Shown here piece by piece: positions 48,719 through 60,720 of a DNA stretch of 64,000 nucleotides. Position 1 is the first letter of the stretch; every line of letters starts with the position of its first letter. Position numbers and translations under genes: made by a program. The stretch is from Amoebophrya sp. A120 (Eukaryota; Protista; Dinoflagellata): NCBI GenBank assembly GCA_905178155.1, contig CAJINV010000020.1:310001-374000 (forward strand), in the 5' to 3' direction. The notes beneath the pieces were generated by a model that saw only the letters and a program-made list of their open reading frames with translations, did no database searches and had not been told where the DNA came from.

Positions 48719-50418
48719 CAGCTTCCGGGTTGTAGTGGGTTGTTCTGCGTAATAACAAAAGCAAGAGCTGCTGTGGCGGTCGAAGTTTCGACAAAGTAAG
48801 ATCGTAAGTACTTCTGAACAACAACTTCTTCGATGCTTGCACAGCATCTGGAGCTCTTTGGTCTCCTCACGAATCAATTTCACCGATTAAAGCAATAAAC
48901 TGGTATCTATTTTTGAACCGCATCATGTTCCTCTGCAGGCAAAAAATTCCCCATTTGCACCAGGGATGATGTGTAGAGATGATGGAACATAGGTGAGTTC
49001 CGCACTTTCGAATTTTTCTGGTGCAACGAACGCAAATCTTTCTCTTTTCTGCGGTGAGTGTAAAACCAAGCATGCCGCCCAATTTTCAAACTGCAGAAAA
49101 AATAAAACATTAAAGCAAGCGCACAACAGAAATACTACAATAATGCGAAAGTCCCTTACTTCGCTGGTTTCAGTACACTACCGACAATCATCATGATGAA
49201 AACCAATCACTTTATTTAGCTATGCCGGATCGCAGTTGCGATGATAAAAAAGGCAGCATTGCAATGGGCCCAGTTTACTTTGTCTAAAACTGAGTCTGTT
49301 GTAGAGCGCCGCGGCCACTGCATCAATCGAGAATACAGAACGCCTTCTGCTTTATTTCCAGCGAGTGGTATTATTTTCAAGAAAGGAGTAGAAAATCAAA
49401 ATGAAAATTCGAATTCGTTCGTGGCGCCTCACGAATTCCGGCGAAGCAACGCAAGCGGCGAGGTTCTTGGAGTTACTCAAATTATACCCGCAAGAAAATG
49501 AACTTTTTTTTCACGCCCCAATTAGAATACAGAAAAACAGATAAGGTGGTGCCCATCGACTCACTCTAAGAACTGAAAATCCGTCTTGGAATACGCACGC
49601 CGTACAACTAAGCCCCGGATGAAAAAGAACACTCTCCTCAAATAAAAAACTTTTCCTGTCTTCGCACAGCGGCCATCTACTGCTGGCACTCGAATTCGCA
49701 GCACCCTCGTCTTCATCCCCGATGCGTACGCTTTTGAAATGAATTTTGTGCCCTGGTCTTCGTCTTTTTTCACTAGGAATAAATCTATCACGTCGACATG
49801 TATGGTGCCCGGAAGTCGGCCTCGGCGCAGCTGACAAAGTCTTTGGTTGTTGAGTGCGTCTCTTGTTGTTGTGTTTACGAGCAGCGAGTAGAGTTCAGTC
49901 TGCACCGGTTCGTTCAGTTTGTTGCAGCAGCTCATCGGTATTCTGTCGACTGATTTTTGCTCGGTTGCAGCCTTGAGATGAATGGCACACCACACCTCGG
50001 TGAGCAAAGTTTTTTTTCGGTGTGGAAACTGTGTGTTGGTTCAATCATCTGACATTCGCAACGAGCTCGGTTTTGTCCGTCAAATTCGTGGTTTGACCAC
50101 CGTCGGTGCATTCGTTTTTTCGCTCGTAGCTAGGAATGTTATCAACGTTTTCGCAGCACCTTATCTAGTCGGTCCTAGTGACACTAGTCGTGGCGCACGA
50201 AATCGACGGCGTTTCAGGCGTTTTGGATGAAATTCAGTATGCAGCAGGTTATTTTTCCCCTTGAACATAATTGTTACACCCTCTTTATCTTGTGCTGCTT
50301 TATTGTGGTACACCGATCCATTTCACACATTCTGTCATACTACGTTTTGACATTTCTAAATCCACACGCGTTGTTATTTTACCGATCCTAATTGCAAATT
50401 TTGAGCAACATCATCATT

Positions 50419-51222
50419 ATGGGTGCTTGTTGCGCCTCGAAATACCCGGTCGACCGGATCCAGGGTTGCACGGAAGTTTTGCGTTTGAAGGGCATTGAAG
50501 TTGATAAAAACAGCGATACCACCACCTGGCATCCGCTCCTCGCGAGCACGAACAATGCCCAGAAGGCGGTGATCCCGTTGAAAAACCTAGCGGAATTTCG
50601 TATCGCCGAGCTTTTTGTCGCGGTGTATTGGCGAAGTTTGGATTCCGAAGAGGAGAAGCGTGGGCAATTACGATTGAAAATCAGCGAAGAGAGGGAACTG
50701 AAAACAAGTGCAATAAAGCAAGGGCCCGCGGCAGCAAATGGTGGGCAGGGAGGACCGCAGAATAAAGCTGAGAAGCCAACACCATCTGAAGCTGATGGTA
50801 CAACTGAAGACAGCGGCGCAGCAGCAGCAGCAGCTGGAACAAATGCTACTTCCGGCAGCAAAGACGCTGCATACGAGAAACCGCACGTGGAGAACGAGGA
50901 CCCCACGGACGTTTCCTTCCATTTCGGGCAGGCCCCGTGCGGGGCGGCCGCCATGTACAAGTTTCGGCACTTGTTTCAAAACCAGGATCTGTTTCTACAG
51001 AAGTGCAACAACGAGGACGGGGGCGCAACCCGGGCGGTGAATATGTACAAGAGCCAGTTTTTACATTTGCAGACGCTGAATAAGATAAAAATCGAAGTTC
51101 TGTCGATCCAGATTCGGTACGAGAAGATCACGGCGGAGAAAGCGCACCACTGGTCCCCCATGCTCCTGATCGCGCCGGAAAGCAGTGATGAGGATGTGGA
51201 ATACAAGGAGGTCGTGATGTGA
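50419..51222 (+). CDS. Hypothetical protein with an N-terminal dual acylation motif
   Basis: MGACCAS (myristoylation/palmitoylation consensus); intronless 267-aa ORF. Confidence 0.7.
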   Translation: MGACCASKYPVDRIQGCTEVLRLKGIEVDKNSDTTTWHPLLASTNNAQKAVIPLKNLAEFRIAELFVAVYWRSLDSEEEKRGQLRLKISEERELKTSAIKQGPAAANGGQGGPQNKAEKPTPSEADGTTEDSGAAAAAAGTNATSGSKDAAYEKPHVENEDPTDVSFHFGQAPCGAAAMYKFRHLFQNQDLFLQKCNNEDGGATRAVNMYKSQFLHLQTLNKIKIEVLSIQIRYEKITAEKAHHWSPMLLIAPESSDEDVEYKEVVM

Positions 51223-52308
51223 TTTTGAAGTTGGACATGAGAAGCATGTGAACGTTCCTAGAAGGTTTTTGTTTCGACGGAATATGTACTAAACTATGAT
51301 TTTAACAGTAAGGCTGACAGTTATTCCGCAATGAATTGCGCCTGAAGGTTATCTTCGTGTATTTCATATCACAGCGGCGCGCGACGGTGAAAGCTTGTGT
51401 GACGCTTTGTGCAAGTGTCGTGCTGTCCGTTAGTTGAAGAGGCCGACGTACATCGCATCGGTGCAATCGGGACGCGTCGAATAGTCTTTTACAGCAAGAA
51501 TCATCCTCATCGGTCGCTTATTGGTCGTCGTGGTTTTTGCGCACTCTGACTGTGAAATTTCGGGCTCTACTGCCTTCGATCATGTGACTTCGGTGTGGTT
51601 GGAGAAACTTCTCCGTGAAAGCTCTATGTCTGTTGATAGTCGTGTAGATGTTATTCTGTTTGTTGGAAGTCGGTTCAACTGTCGGCTGAAGTGGAATGAT
51701 TCCTTCTCCACTTGTGATGACGGTATTGCTTGCTCTTTTTGCTGTCTTTTCCAGTATACTTCGAGTTACCCATATGTTGCACGTCTACCCATTTTTCCTC
51801 CCGTGCATTGTGAGAAGTTTTTATTGAAGAATTCTGTTCTTGACAATGCGTAGAATCTCTGGGGTGTTTGTTTATGAACTGTCGATCGTATCGTCGGGGT
51901 TGTCGTCGGGGAGAAAGAGATCTCGAAAATCGAACGAACAATTTTTTAACAAGGAAAGTTTACCGCAAAACTTAGACTCGATGAAAGAACACAGCACGAA
52001 CGTTTCCGCCTGTTTGTTAACCGGGCCAGCGGCTTTGCCGCTGGCTCAAGTCATGAAGCCACCATTTAGCTTGTTTTTTGTTTCTTGCGTTCAAGCAATG
52101 CCTGCGATGCACGAGCCGCATCGTGTACTACTTTGAAACAGGTGCTCCTCCGTTGCCAACACAAATTACGATCACACAGAAAAGATCCCAATACAGAATC
52201 GTCAACTGTCGAATTCTGCATTATAGAAACCTGAGTACTTCTAGTTTCAGTTTGTCCACGTAATTCATTATCCCGAATTTTTCCCCTGCTGATACACCCA
52301 TTGAAGTC

Positions 52309-55300
52309 ATGTCTTCTGGAAATCCTACGAATTCAACGGTTCTTTCTAGCAATACCACTGTCCTCTCTCCGCAGCAGTCATTCTCCAACACCTGTCCAGT
52401 CGGCACCACTAAATTTTCCACCTACGCCTCCACCTGCACCGCCTGCGACCCAGAACAAACCACCAATGCCTTTCCCGCCGGCACCCTATGTCCTGGTGGC
52501 GACGGCAGTGCGCAGGAGCCCCGACTGTGTTCCGCGGGAAGCTTCTGTCCGGATGCCGCGACGGAAATTTCCGTGCCGGACAACCACTACTCCCGCGCGG
52601 GGTTCGTGTCGGCGGTGAAATGCTCCTGGTGGGCGGACTGCGACGCCGGGGCGGATACCATGGGTATCGCCACGGTGTACATGGTTTGTTTGCTGGTTTT
52701 TTACCTTGCCCTGCTCGCCTCCGTGCAGTACGCGGTGTGGAAAAGGAAGATTCTGCACCGGCTGCAGGGCGAGCACGCAAGCGAGGACAAAGATTGGGTG
52801 GCCGATAAAGTGGACCTGTTTCTGACCAAATTAGGCGCTCTGAATACCTTACAGCACCCAGGGCCATCTTCAGGAGCGGTGAACGGGAATAAGCCCCGCC
52901 CTGGAGCACAGAATAGAAGCGGGACAGCAGCGACCGAGGAACTACAAAAGGAAGAAAATGGCACGATCAGCAAGATGAACAAGTCCAAGAGAGGGTTTCA
53001 GGGGTTCACGGAGAAGTTCCCCCCCGTCACCGTTGAATTCCATCGCGTGTCTTTGTTTCTGAAATCCAACCATTCGAAAATTGTTGACGATGTGTCCGTG
53101 TCCCTCCCCGGCCGCTGCGTCGCGGCGGTGATGGGCCCGTCGGGATCTGGGAAAACCAGTTTATTGAACGCCATCACGGGAAGAGCGTCGGTGTATGCGG
53201 ATATAACCGGCGAGATAAAAATCGCAAACCAGAAGGACGCCCTGAAGAAGTTCCCGAACGAAATCGGGTTTGTCCCCCAGGACGACGTCATGCTCGCGGA
53301 TTTAACGGTGTACGAGAATTTGTATTTTCAAGCCCAGCTCCGCTTACCGCAAGAGATGAGTACGTTTCAGAAGAAGGCGATCGTGGAGGACGTTCTGTCC
53401 GTTTTAGAGATCCAGCACATCCGGAACAGCATCGTGGGCGATAACGCCGAGAGCAACAAGCGCGGCATTTCCGGCGGGCAGAAGAAGCGGGTGAACATCG
53501 GTCTGGAATTGGTGTCTTACCCCCGCGTGCTCTTTCTCGACGAGCCCACCAGCGGGCTGGACAGCACCGCCGCGCTCGAGGTGGCGCGGTGTTTAGCGAA
53601 ACTGGGGGAGCTTGGCATCACCACGATCTGCGTGATTCACCAGCCGAGGTTCTCGGTGTTCGAGCTGTTCACGCACCTGGTTTTGCTCGCACCTGGGGGC
53701 AAGCTCGTGTACAGTGGGCCGACGACAGCTGCGCAAGCTGCGAAACTGGTGGCGAGCGGGGGAGGAGGTGTCGTTGGTGGAGCTTTAACCCTGAACACCA
53801 ACCCTTCCCCCACTACCTCGCCGAGAGTTGTTGTTGGGAACAACAGTGGCAGCGCAAATCAACATTTTTCTCCAATATCTCAAACGGGCGGGGTCCGTGA
53901 GTACTTCGAGTCTCTGGGGTTTCACGTGCCGGCAGGCGAAAATGTTGCGGACTGGATCATGGATATTCTCTCTGGCAGCGTCGTTCGCGCGGGACCAAAG
54001 CTGAACGTGAAGAGATCTGGTGGCAAAAACGCAGTCATGAGGACAAGAGGTTACATGCAGTTCACGAGCAATAAAGAGTCCTCGAAACTAACAGGCTCCA
54101 GCACCGCCGCAACTCCAGCCACCACGCAGGAGTTGGTGGCGGAATGGGCAGCGAGAGACAGCAGAAAAAGCTCGGAGACCACGAGCGGAAACGCTGGTTC
54201 GAATCTCAATGGAGGAGCGTCTCCACGACCTCCCGGGGTGGATAAAAACGCCAGTCCAAGGACCAGTACAGCAAGTGTAGTACAGCTACCTTCACAAAAC
54301 GCTGCAACTCCACGGACTGCTGGAGCTACTGCTGCTGGAGCGGGCGCTTTAACTGCACAAATGAATAACAAACTGGCACCCGCTCCGGCGAAAAACAAGA
54401 AGCTCTCTGCCCAGGAGAGAATGGAAAAGCGTCTGACCGAGTTCGACGAGCACTTGGTCAAGAAAATTCGCAAAGTACTACGGGACATTGAACTTGACTT
54501 CGGCGTGCCCGCCGACGAAATGCGCTCCCACCTCGCCGCAGAGTTGCTGGTGCTGGACGTCACGGCGTTTCAATTGCTTTGCAGCGGCCTGGACTTGAAG
54601 CTGGAGAAGGTGAAAAATGGAATATTGAAGAAGGGTGTCGGAAGCATTGTACAATCACGCAACAGAGCCGATCGTGAGCAGGAGGAGCTCCAGGCCGTTG
54701 AGCAAAGCCTGCACATTCACCGTGTGGAGGCGTTGATGTTGAATCTCGGCGGAAAGATCGCGGACAAAGACGATGTGGATTGGTTTGAGAACAAACTGAA
54801 TCTGTACCACATCGACACGGGCGATGTTTTTCTCTCGGTCCAAATGCTCTTAAACCGCCACGGCGCGCTGGCGAAAATGCAAGCGGTGTCGCACTCTCCA
54901 CGGGACGGAACAACAAACAGTGAGTTTTTGTCCCCTAGAAGTTCTGTTTCCGAGAACGCTGGTGCGGACAGTAATCCAACGCTGTCTTGCGCTGCATCAA
55001 GAGCAGGTCTCCAATCCCGCAACGCTCCGGGCTTCCTTGAGCAGACCGAAGTGCTGGCGAAGCGCAGTTTTGCGCAGTTTTCTCCCATGCAATTCTTCCT
55101 GAAGTCCGGCACGGCAACGGCGGTCGGGTTCCTGATTGGGGCGGTGAGTGGCACGGAGCTGAGCTACCGCTGGTTTCTGACCAAGCTTGTCGCCCTGCCC
55201 GCGACGGTGTACGCGATTTTGGCGGCGGCGTTGAGTTTAGAAGTTTTCACATCCGCGGAAAAACGGGTGTTCAGACGCGAGATGCGGTGCTACACCGGGT

Positions 55301-56514
55301 TTGTCAGCTGCGTGCCGTGTTTGGTCGGGGAGAATAAAGCTGGAAGGAACAATACATCCGGACAATCGAAGGGAAACAAGAATAAGTGGAACATATTGAA
55401 CAACACCATGAACATACGCAACGCGCTGTCAAAAAACGTGCTCTTCGGAGGTGGAGGTGGGAACAGTAGTAAAAGCGGAAATACTACTTCTGACACATCT
55501 CAGACCAGCAAGGCTATTGCACCGGAGGGGGGAGCAGAAATACGACCGAGATCTACTTCTACATCCGCAGCGTCGACAACAGCAGCTCTCACTAGTCCGG
55601 CACAGAAAGAACGTGGTCGACCAGCAACTTCATCTGTTGAATTATCGCAAGCAAAACCTGCAGTGTCGTCCACCGCAAATAACAGGCTCACTGAGTACAA
55701 GACCACTCTTGCCACCTACGCTGGAATCCCCCTCGGCCCTTTCTCGTATTTCCTCGGGAAAACCCTGGTCGACCTTTTCCGCGTATTCACCTACCCGCTG
55801 GCCTTCATGATCCCTTTTTTGCTACTGACAAGACTGGAAATCCCCTGGCTCAGTGCGTACCTCTGCTTTTTCCTGATTCACTGGATGACGTCCGGGTTCG
55901 CGCAGTGGCTGTCCCTGTCCCTGGACGACGGACAGCTCGCGACGCTACTCGCGTTGGTGATTCCCGCGCTCTTATCCACCGTGTTTGGTGGGACCATGCA
56001 GGGCGCGTCGTTAGTCGACATGGAGAAGTCGGCAGAAAGAGGTAGTCCGGTGTTTCTGTGGATCAGCCACCTATCCGGCGCGCGGTGGTTTAACGAATTG
56101 TTCTACATTTACCAGTTTGAAGCCTTGCCAGAAAACATCAATGAGCTTCCCGCAGTCCAGATGTCGCACAGCGCCTACGGGTTTGACAAAGATTGGGAAG
56201 AGCGGAAGTGGGTCGTGATAGAGGTGATGGTAATTCAGGGTTTCGCCTGGCGGGCTCTCGCTTTGCTCGCTCTGTATTGTGTGCGGTACGAAATTTCAAT
56301 CCTCCAACCGTTCAAGAGCTCGTGGCGGTGCATGTACAGGGTCGCGAAAAACCGAGTGAGGGAAAACTTTTACAAGGACGAACTGAAGATGGAGGATGTG
56401 TATGGAACGGTAAATCCCTTGCGTGGCGGGCTAGGAGTGGAAATCGACATCACGAAAATAGAAAAAATCAGGGAAGAGGCCAGGGCGCAGGGGAATAGAG
56501 AAAATGCGAAGTAA
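52309..56514 (+). CDS. ABCG-family half transporter with a Cys-rich N-terminal ectodomain and a TM helix before the NBD
   Basis: Walker A GPSGSGKT, GFVPQDD, signature ISGGQKKRV, LFLDEPTSGLD, IHQPR; C-terminal TM helices. Confidence 0.95.
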   Translation: MSSGNPTNSTVLSSNTTVLSPQQSFSNTCPVGTTKFSTYASTCTACDPEQTTNAFPAGTLCPGGDGSAQEPRLCSAGSFCPDAATEISVPDNHYSRAGFVSAVKCSWWADCDAGADTMGIATVYMVCLLVFYLALLASVQYAVWKRKILHRLQGEHASEDKDWVADKVDLFLTKLGALNTLQHPGPSSGAVNGNKPRPGAQNRSGTAATEELQKEENGTISKMNKSKRGFQGFTEKFPPVTVEFHRVSLFLKSNHSKIVDDVSVSLPGRCVAAVMGPSGSGKTSLLNAITGRASVYADITGEIKIANQKDALKKFPNEIGFVPQDDVMLADLTVYENLYFQAQLRLPQEMSTFQKKAIVEDVLSVLEIQHIRNSIVGDNAESNKRGISGGQKKRVNIGLELVSYPRVLFLDEPTSGLDSTAALEVARCLAKLGELGITTICVIHQPRFSVFELFTHLVLLAPGGKLVYSGPTTAAQAAKLVASGGGGVVGGALTLNTNPSPTTSPRVVVGNNSGSANQHFSPISQTGGVREYFESLGFHVPAGENVADWIMDILSGSVVRAGPKLNVKRSGGKNAVMRTRGYMQFTSNKESSKLTGSSTAATPATTQELVAEWAARDSRKSSETTSGNAGSNLNGGASPRPPGVDKNASPRTSTASVVQLPSQNAATPRTAGATAAGAGALTAQMNNKLAPAPAKNKKLSAQERMEKRLTEFDEHLVKKIRKVLRDIELDFGVPADEMRSHLAAELLVLDVTAFQLLCSGLDLKLEKVKNGILKKGVGSIVQSRNRADREQEELQAVEQSLHIHRVEALMLNLGGKIADKDDVDWFENKLNLYHIDTGDVFLSVQMLLNRHGALAKMQAVSHSPRDGTTNSEFLSPRSSVSENAGADSNPTLSCAASRAGLQSRNAPGFLEQTEVLAKRSFAQFSPMQFFLKSGTATAVGFLIGAVSGTELSYRWFLTKLVALPATVYAILAAALSLEVFTSAEKRVFRREMRCYTGFVSCVPCLVGENKAGRNNTSGQSKGNKNKWNILNNTMNIRNALSKNVLFGGGGGNSSKSGNTTSDTSQTSKAIAPEGGAEIRPRSTSTSAASTTAALTSPAQKERGRPATSSVELSQAKPAVSSTANNRLTEYKTTLATYAGIPLGPFSYFLGKTLVDLFRVFTYPLAFMIPFLLLTRLEIPWLSAYLCFFLIHWMTSGFAQWLSLSLDDGQLATLLALVIPALLSTVFGGTMQGASLVDMEKSAERGSPVFLWISHLSGARWFNELFYIYQFEALPENINELPAVQMSHSAYGFDKDWEERKWVVIEVMVIQGFAWRALALLALYCVRYEISILQPFKSSWRCMYRVAKNRVRENFYKDELKMEDVYGTVNPLRGGLGVEIDITKIEKIREEARAQGNRENAK

Positions 56515-56955
56515 TTACATAGCGGGAAAGGAGCAGCTGTCATCAAGTGCTGGAGGAAAGCTATATTGCGAAATTCCTGTTTGCTTCAGTTTCGCTTGTG
56601 TATAGACGGAATCGACTCCTTACTTTGCAATGTCATGTAGGATAATTGACTGACGGCGACCGGAATGAGCCGACCAAGACGTCGAAGCTTCACGTCAATC
56701 GTTTCTTACACTTGTGTGCGTCGTGAGCACATCATACGGTGAGGTGTTCAGCGTTGGACAAAATCCGGTAGGATACTAAAGATCTTTCTCAGTCAGAGAA
56801 GCTCCTGATGCGATAGCAGTAATTCTACGAAGATCATGATCTTCGAGGTTTTTTTTCCTAAGGTCCACACGAAGATCCGCAGTTGAGAGATACTTTAGTA
56901 GGCCCGGATATGAATTGTTCTTCCTGTTGTTCTCGAAATAAAAAGTCGAAACAAG

Positions 56956-59900
56956 ATGCTCTACAAGAGGCGTTCTTCACCTTACTCTCTCCGTCCACCG
57001 TTCTGTTGCGTTGCGGTCTCGCTGCTGCACACGTGGTCCCGGGGGCGCCCGGGCGTCGTGCCGATACGGGCGGACTACGGTTCTGATGAGTTGAAGGAGT
57101 CCCTGTTTTTCGCGGAAGACAATGAAGGGTCCTTCAATCCCTACGACCTCCCGCGCACCGACCACGATAGGGAAGACGATGTGGGGGAGGAGGAGAGACC
57201 ACATGATCCACCAGACGAGGTTCTACCAGAGGAAGCCGAACAGCCTGAGACGGAGCCACCGCCTAACAATACCTCAGCTGAAGAGGAGGAACTCACCGTG
57301 GTCCTGCCGGACGGCGAAACGAGCGGAATAGAGGGCGACGGACCACATGAGCAAGAACATCCCGCATCGTCAAACACTGTCGACGACTACCAGCCTGCGG
57401 GTGACGACTACTTGTCCCAACTGGTCGAGCCGATAAATTCCAGAAGAAACCAAGAGGACTTGTCCGAAGAGTCGGAAAACTGCGCCGAGAACGACGACGA
57501 GCAGGTCTTCCGGCAGTATTTATTGCATTTCTACGAGTCCAACTACTGGGGCGCGCAGCAGTCGATTTTGTTTCACAAAATCCGCGGGTCGCACGCGCTG
57601 CACTGTCCCTCCGCGGTGCTGGGGACCATGTTGTTGAAGATGGAATCCTCCGTGTTCCGCCACGACGCGGACGAGGTGATCCCGGACCAGAAGGGGCTGT
57701 ACGCGACGTATCAAGTGCAAAAGTACTTACTTATCGTACTGGTACTAATCGCTGTCAGGCATGACAGATCTAGTTCTCTACGGGATTTCGCATCACAAAT
57801 TCCATTTTTCCTTCTGAGAAAAATTGTGATGCAATTTTCACTAGTGCGAAGATGTTTTTGCGATGCATACGACGTACTTCCACGACAACCTGTCCCGGAT
57901 CAACAGAAACTGGCCGCTGGCTATCATACAGAAAAAAGCAGGCAGGGCGTATTTGTGATGCATACAATGAATTGACCATAGCGTGCTGTTAAGGCTACGC
58001 AATACAGATTTTTCTGCGTGTTCGTGTATGTTTTTGCATTACAAATATAGCCACCTGCTGGCTTTTTTGTGCGGGATACTGGCGGAGGGCTACCAGCGGG
58101 TGCTGGATTTAGAAGAGGCGTTGGTCGAGAAAAAGGAGTACAGCATCGCGATGATCATGAACTTCTGCTCCGTCAAGGACCGGTTCGGCGAGGCGCACGG
58201 GCTGGATTGGCTCGCGGAAGGCAGCGACATGCTGGAGGAGGACCCGGATCTGCTAAGGATAGGTATCGACTTCTGTCGTTGTCCTGCATTTTCATTTTGC
58301 TAGCTCGTCTGTGCATGAGAGGTAGAGGCCGCTGTAAAAACTACTGTGATCAATATGGGTTGATGTCTGTAGATCAGGAGAAAACAACTTCTCAGTAGTA
58401 GTTTTCACCACTAAACACTCTCAGTTGACGTCCACATCTACATCGTCGACCTGCCCAAGTGCAATGGACAGCGCTCGCACTTCGCTCACATCGAGCGGGT
58501 CGTCAAGTCGCTCACCGTCGAGCGCTACCAGGGGGCGCCAGACCGCGAGGAGCAGAGCTCGTACTTTCGCTACATTGTCGACCACTACGACGATATGGCG
58601 GATTTCGTCATCTTCGTTCACCCAGACGCGCCGGAGCACCAGGGAAAGGAGATGCGCGCCTTGGTCGAGGCACTGCGGTTGCTGAAAACCAAGTCGGCAC
58701 TGGTAAAATTTTTGGATAGATTTTAGTTGTTTTGCGAATGGAAATCTTCAGAGGTGCAGCAGTTTCCTCTCGGACATGATAGGGAATAAAACCATGCAGC
58801 TCAAATTATTTTTGTGTGAGCGCGCCAAGAACTCGTCTGCTGGTCATTGGTCGCACTATCTGGTTCTGATCACGACCGTTGGCAAATCGACTGCAACACC
58901 CTCCAAACGATGATCGCGACCACCTCCTGCAGGCGTATCGCACCATAGAGTACTACCCGCTGGCCATGCAGTACATTCGCAGCCCTCTTTATGGAATGCG
59001 AGGAGTTCATTTGAGTCTTTCTCCTTGCAGCTGATGTGTACAAAAATTTAAAGTTCATTGTCTTGTTGTAAGTATTGCCCCCGAGGAGCAGTTTTCTGGG
59101 AGCGAAACGGTGAAAACGCAAGCAGGGCATGGTAATAGATAACTTTTTAACCTGTTCTAGCATGAGGAAGGTTCAAGAAATTTCCATGCTCCATACTTTC
59201 CGCACCTCTCGGTCCCTATCCAAGAAAAAAATATTGTAGGTGTAAGTTTTTTGGAGGAACAGCATTACAAATTTGTCTGGCATGACAGCAAAAAGCTGTC
59301 ATGCGCAGATAGTACGTGAAAACGCCCCCTGATGGACCCTGCGATGCATGCCAAGCATGACAGACGCAATCATCTTGCATGTTGAGCATCACAAATTTAC
59401 ACTAACAGCGTTCTTTTCTTGGATAGTCCCGGGCCATTCACTACTACGACGCGGGGGACCGCGAAGACGACTGGCCGGTATCAAGTGCAAAAATGTCTTT
59501 GTCTGGAAGGGTTGGAACTTGTGATGCAAACTCTGGAACACGCAAAAATTTGTGTTGCATGAGCGCCAAAAGCTGTCCATTTCTTGGCACGCAAGTAGGA
59601 AGTTTCTCATGCGGGACAGGCATCATGAGGCGTGCTCAAAATAACCTGTGATGCTTTTGCCTGCATCAGACGCCATTTGCGTGATCCGAAATATGCAAGA
59701 CAAATCTCGCAATCTTCCAGACCCAGACATTTTGCATTTGATAGACGGTGTTCTGGAACAAATTGTTCCTCGACCGGCCCAATGGCGTTTGCCCCCTCGG
59801 GTGCCGCTGGAACGACGAGATGGACCACGATTTTACCTTTTACATCTATCAAATGCAAAAATGTCCCGGTCTGGAAGAGTGCAACTTGTGATGCTGAATT

Positions 59901-60362
59901 TGGATTCTACAAAAATCTAGGCTGCGTGAACAGCAAAAGAGGTCCAGTTTGTGCCACGGCGAGGTGGCATTTCTCATGCGGTGTAGGCATCAGGAAGCCC
60001 TCACAAAATCTGTGATGCTAGAGCATGCGTCACAGACTTCAGGAGTCATGCAAAGTGTGCACGACAAACCTGGGCCTGGCATCCTTCCAGCCCCAGACAT
60101 TTTTGCATTTGATAACATCGCCAGCCAAGCGATCGTCCGTTCGGACCGGATCCGGATTCACCCACGAGAGTGGTACGGGAGCTTCTTCCAGCAAGATTTG
60201 ATCTGGTTTTCGAACAATTCCGGGCTGCTGGAGGCGGCCTGGCCCGTGATCATGGGGGAGGAACTGACAGAAGTGTCGCGGGAAGCGGATGCGCGGTTGC
60301 CGCTGGCACTGAAGTTTGACATCTTGACGAAATACAGCTACGGCTGGAACGACGTGATCTAG
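56956..60362 (+). CDS. DUF3431-family protein, isoform using 3' module 1
   Basis: REEQSSYFRYIVDHYDDMADFVIFVH; ASQAIVRSDRIRIHPREWY; SGLLEAAWPVIMGE; frame restored across 5 introners and other introns. Confidence 0.8.
57709..57869. mobile_element. Introner family B (161 bp)
   Basis: TATCAAGTGCAAAAG...TTTTTGCGATGCATA; TSD CGACG. Confidence 0.9.
57922..58078. mobile_element. Introner (157 bp)
   Basis: TIR TATCATACAGAAAAAAGCAGGCAGG / CCTGCTGGCTTTTTTGTGCGGGATA; TSD CTGGC. Confidence 0.88.
59217..59425. mobile_element. Introner family D (209 bp)
   Basis: TATCCAAGAAAA / TTTTCTTGGATA; TSD GTCCC. Confidence 0.92.
59479..59743. mobile_element. Introner family A (265 bp)
   Basis: TIR; TSD GCCGG/GACGG. 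Confidence 0.9.
59847..60114. mobile_element. Introner family A (268 bp)
   Basis: TIR; TSD ACATC; the empty site in paralogous module 2 has a single ACATC. Confidence 0.95.
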
Positions 60363-60720
60363 AGGTTGAAGATGTGCTGGACGTACTGGCAATACAACCG
60401 CACGACGTCGAGACATGCTCAGCTGCTGAATCGATCACGATCTTCAGGCCTTTAGTGTAGTACTGACCTCCATGCGTCCTGGTGTCTTCGCTTCGACCCC
60501 GGGAGTAAGTAGTAAACAAACCCACGCGCCCACCGTGGAGGTGCCGGCGGAGTTCGACATACAGAGCCCGAGGACTACGAGCATCTTCAGACCGAGTTCC
60601 GAAAGAGGCGAAGTATGCGGAGAGCTGCGTGAAACTACACAGAAGTTGCGTGCTTTCATACCGCTGTAGAAGCAAGAAGTAGTGCACCTGACGAATCTTC
60701 GAATCGATCCTACACTACAG

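Noticed and set aside
52042-52050. TGGCTCAAG resembling the 3' end of the dinoflagellate spliced leader
   Set aside because: Only 9 nt match, compatible with chance
7751-56498. Numerous minus-strand and alternative-frame ORFs
   Set aside because: Shadows of GC-rich + strand coding sequence with no recognisable domains
59217-60114. Repeats separated by short unique segments, resembling a CRISPR array
   Set aside because: The repeats are inverted TIR pairs, the spacers are in-frame exons, the context is eukaryotic and there are no cas genes
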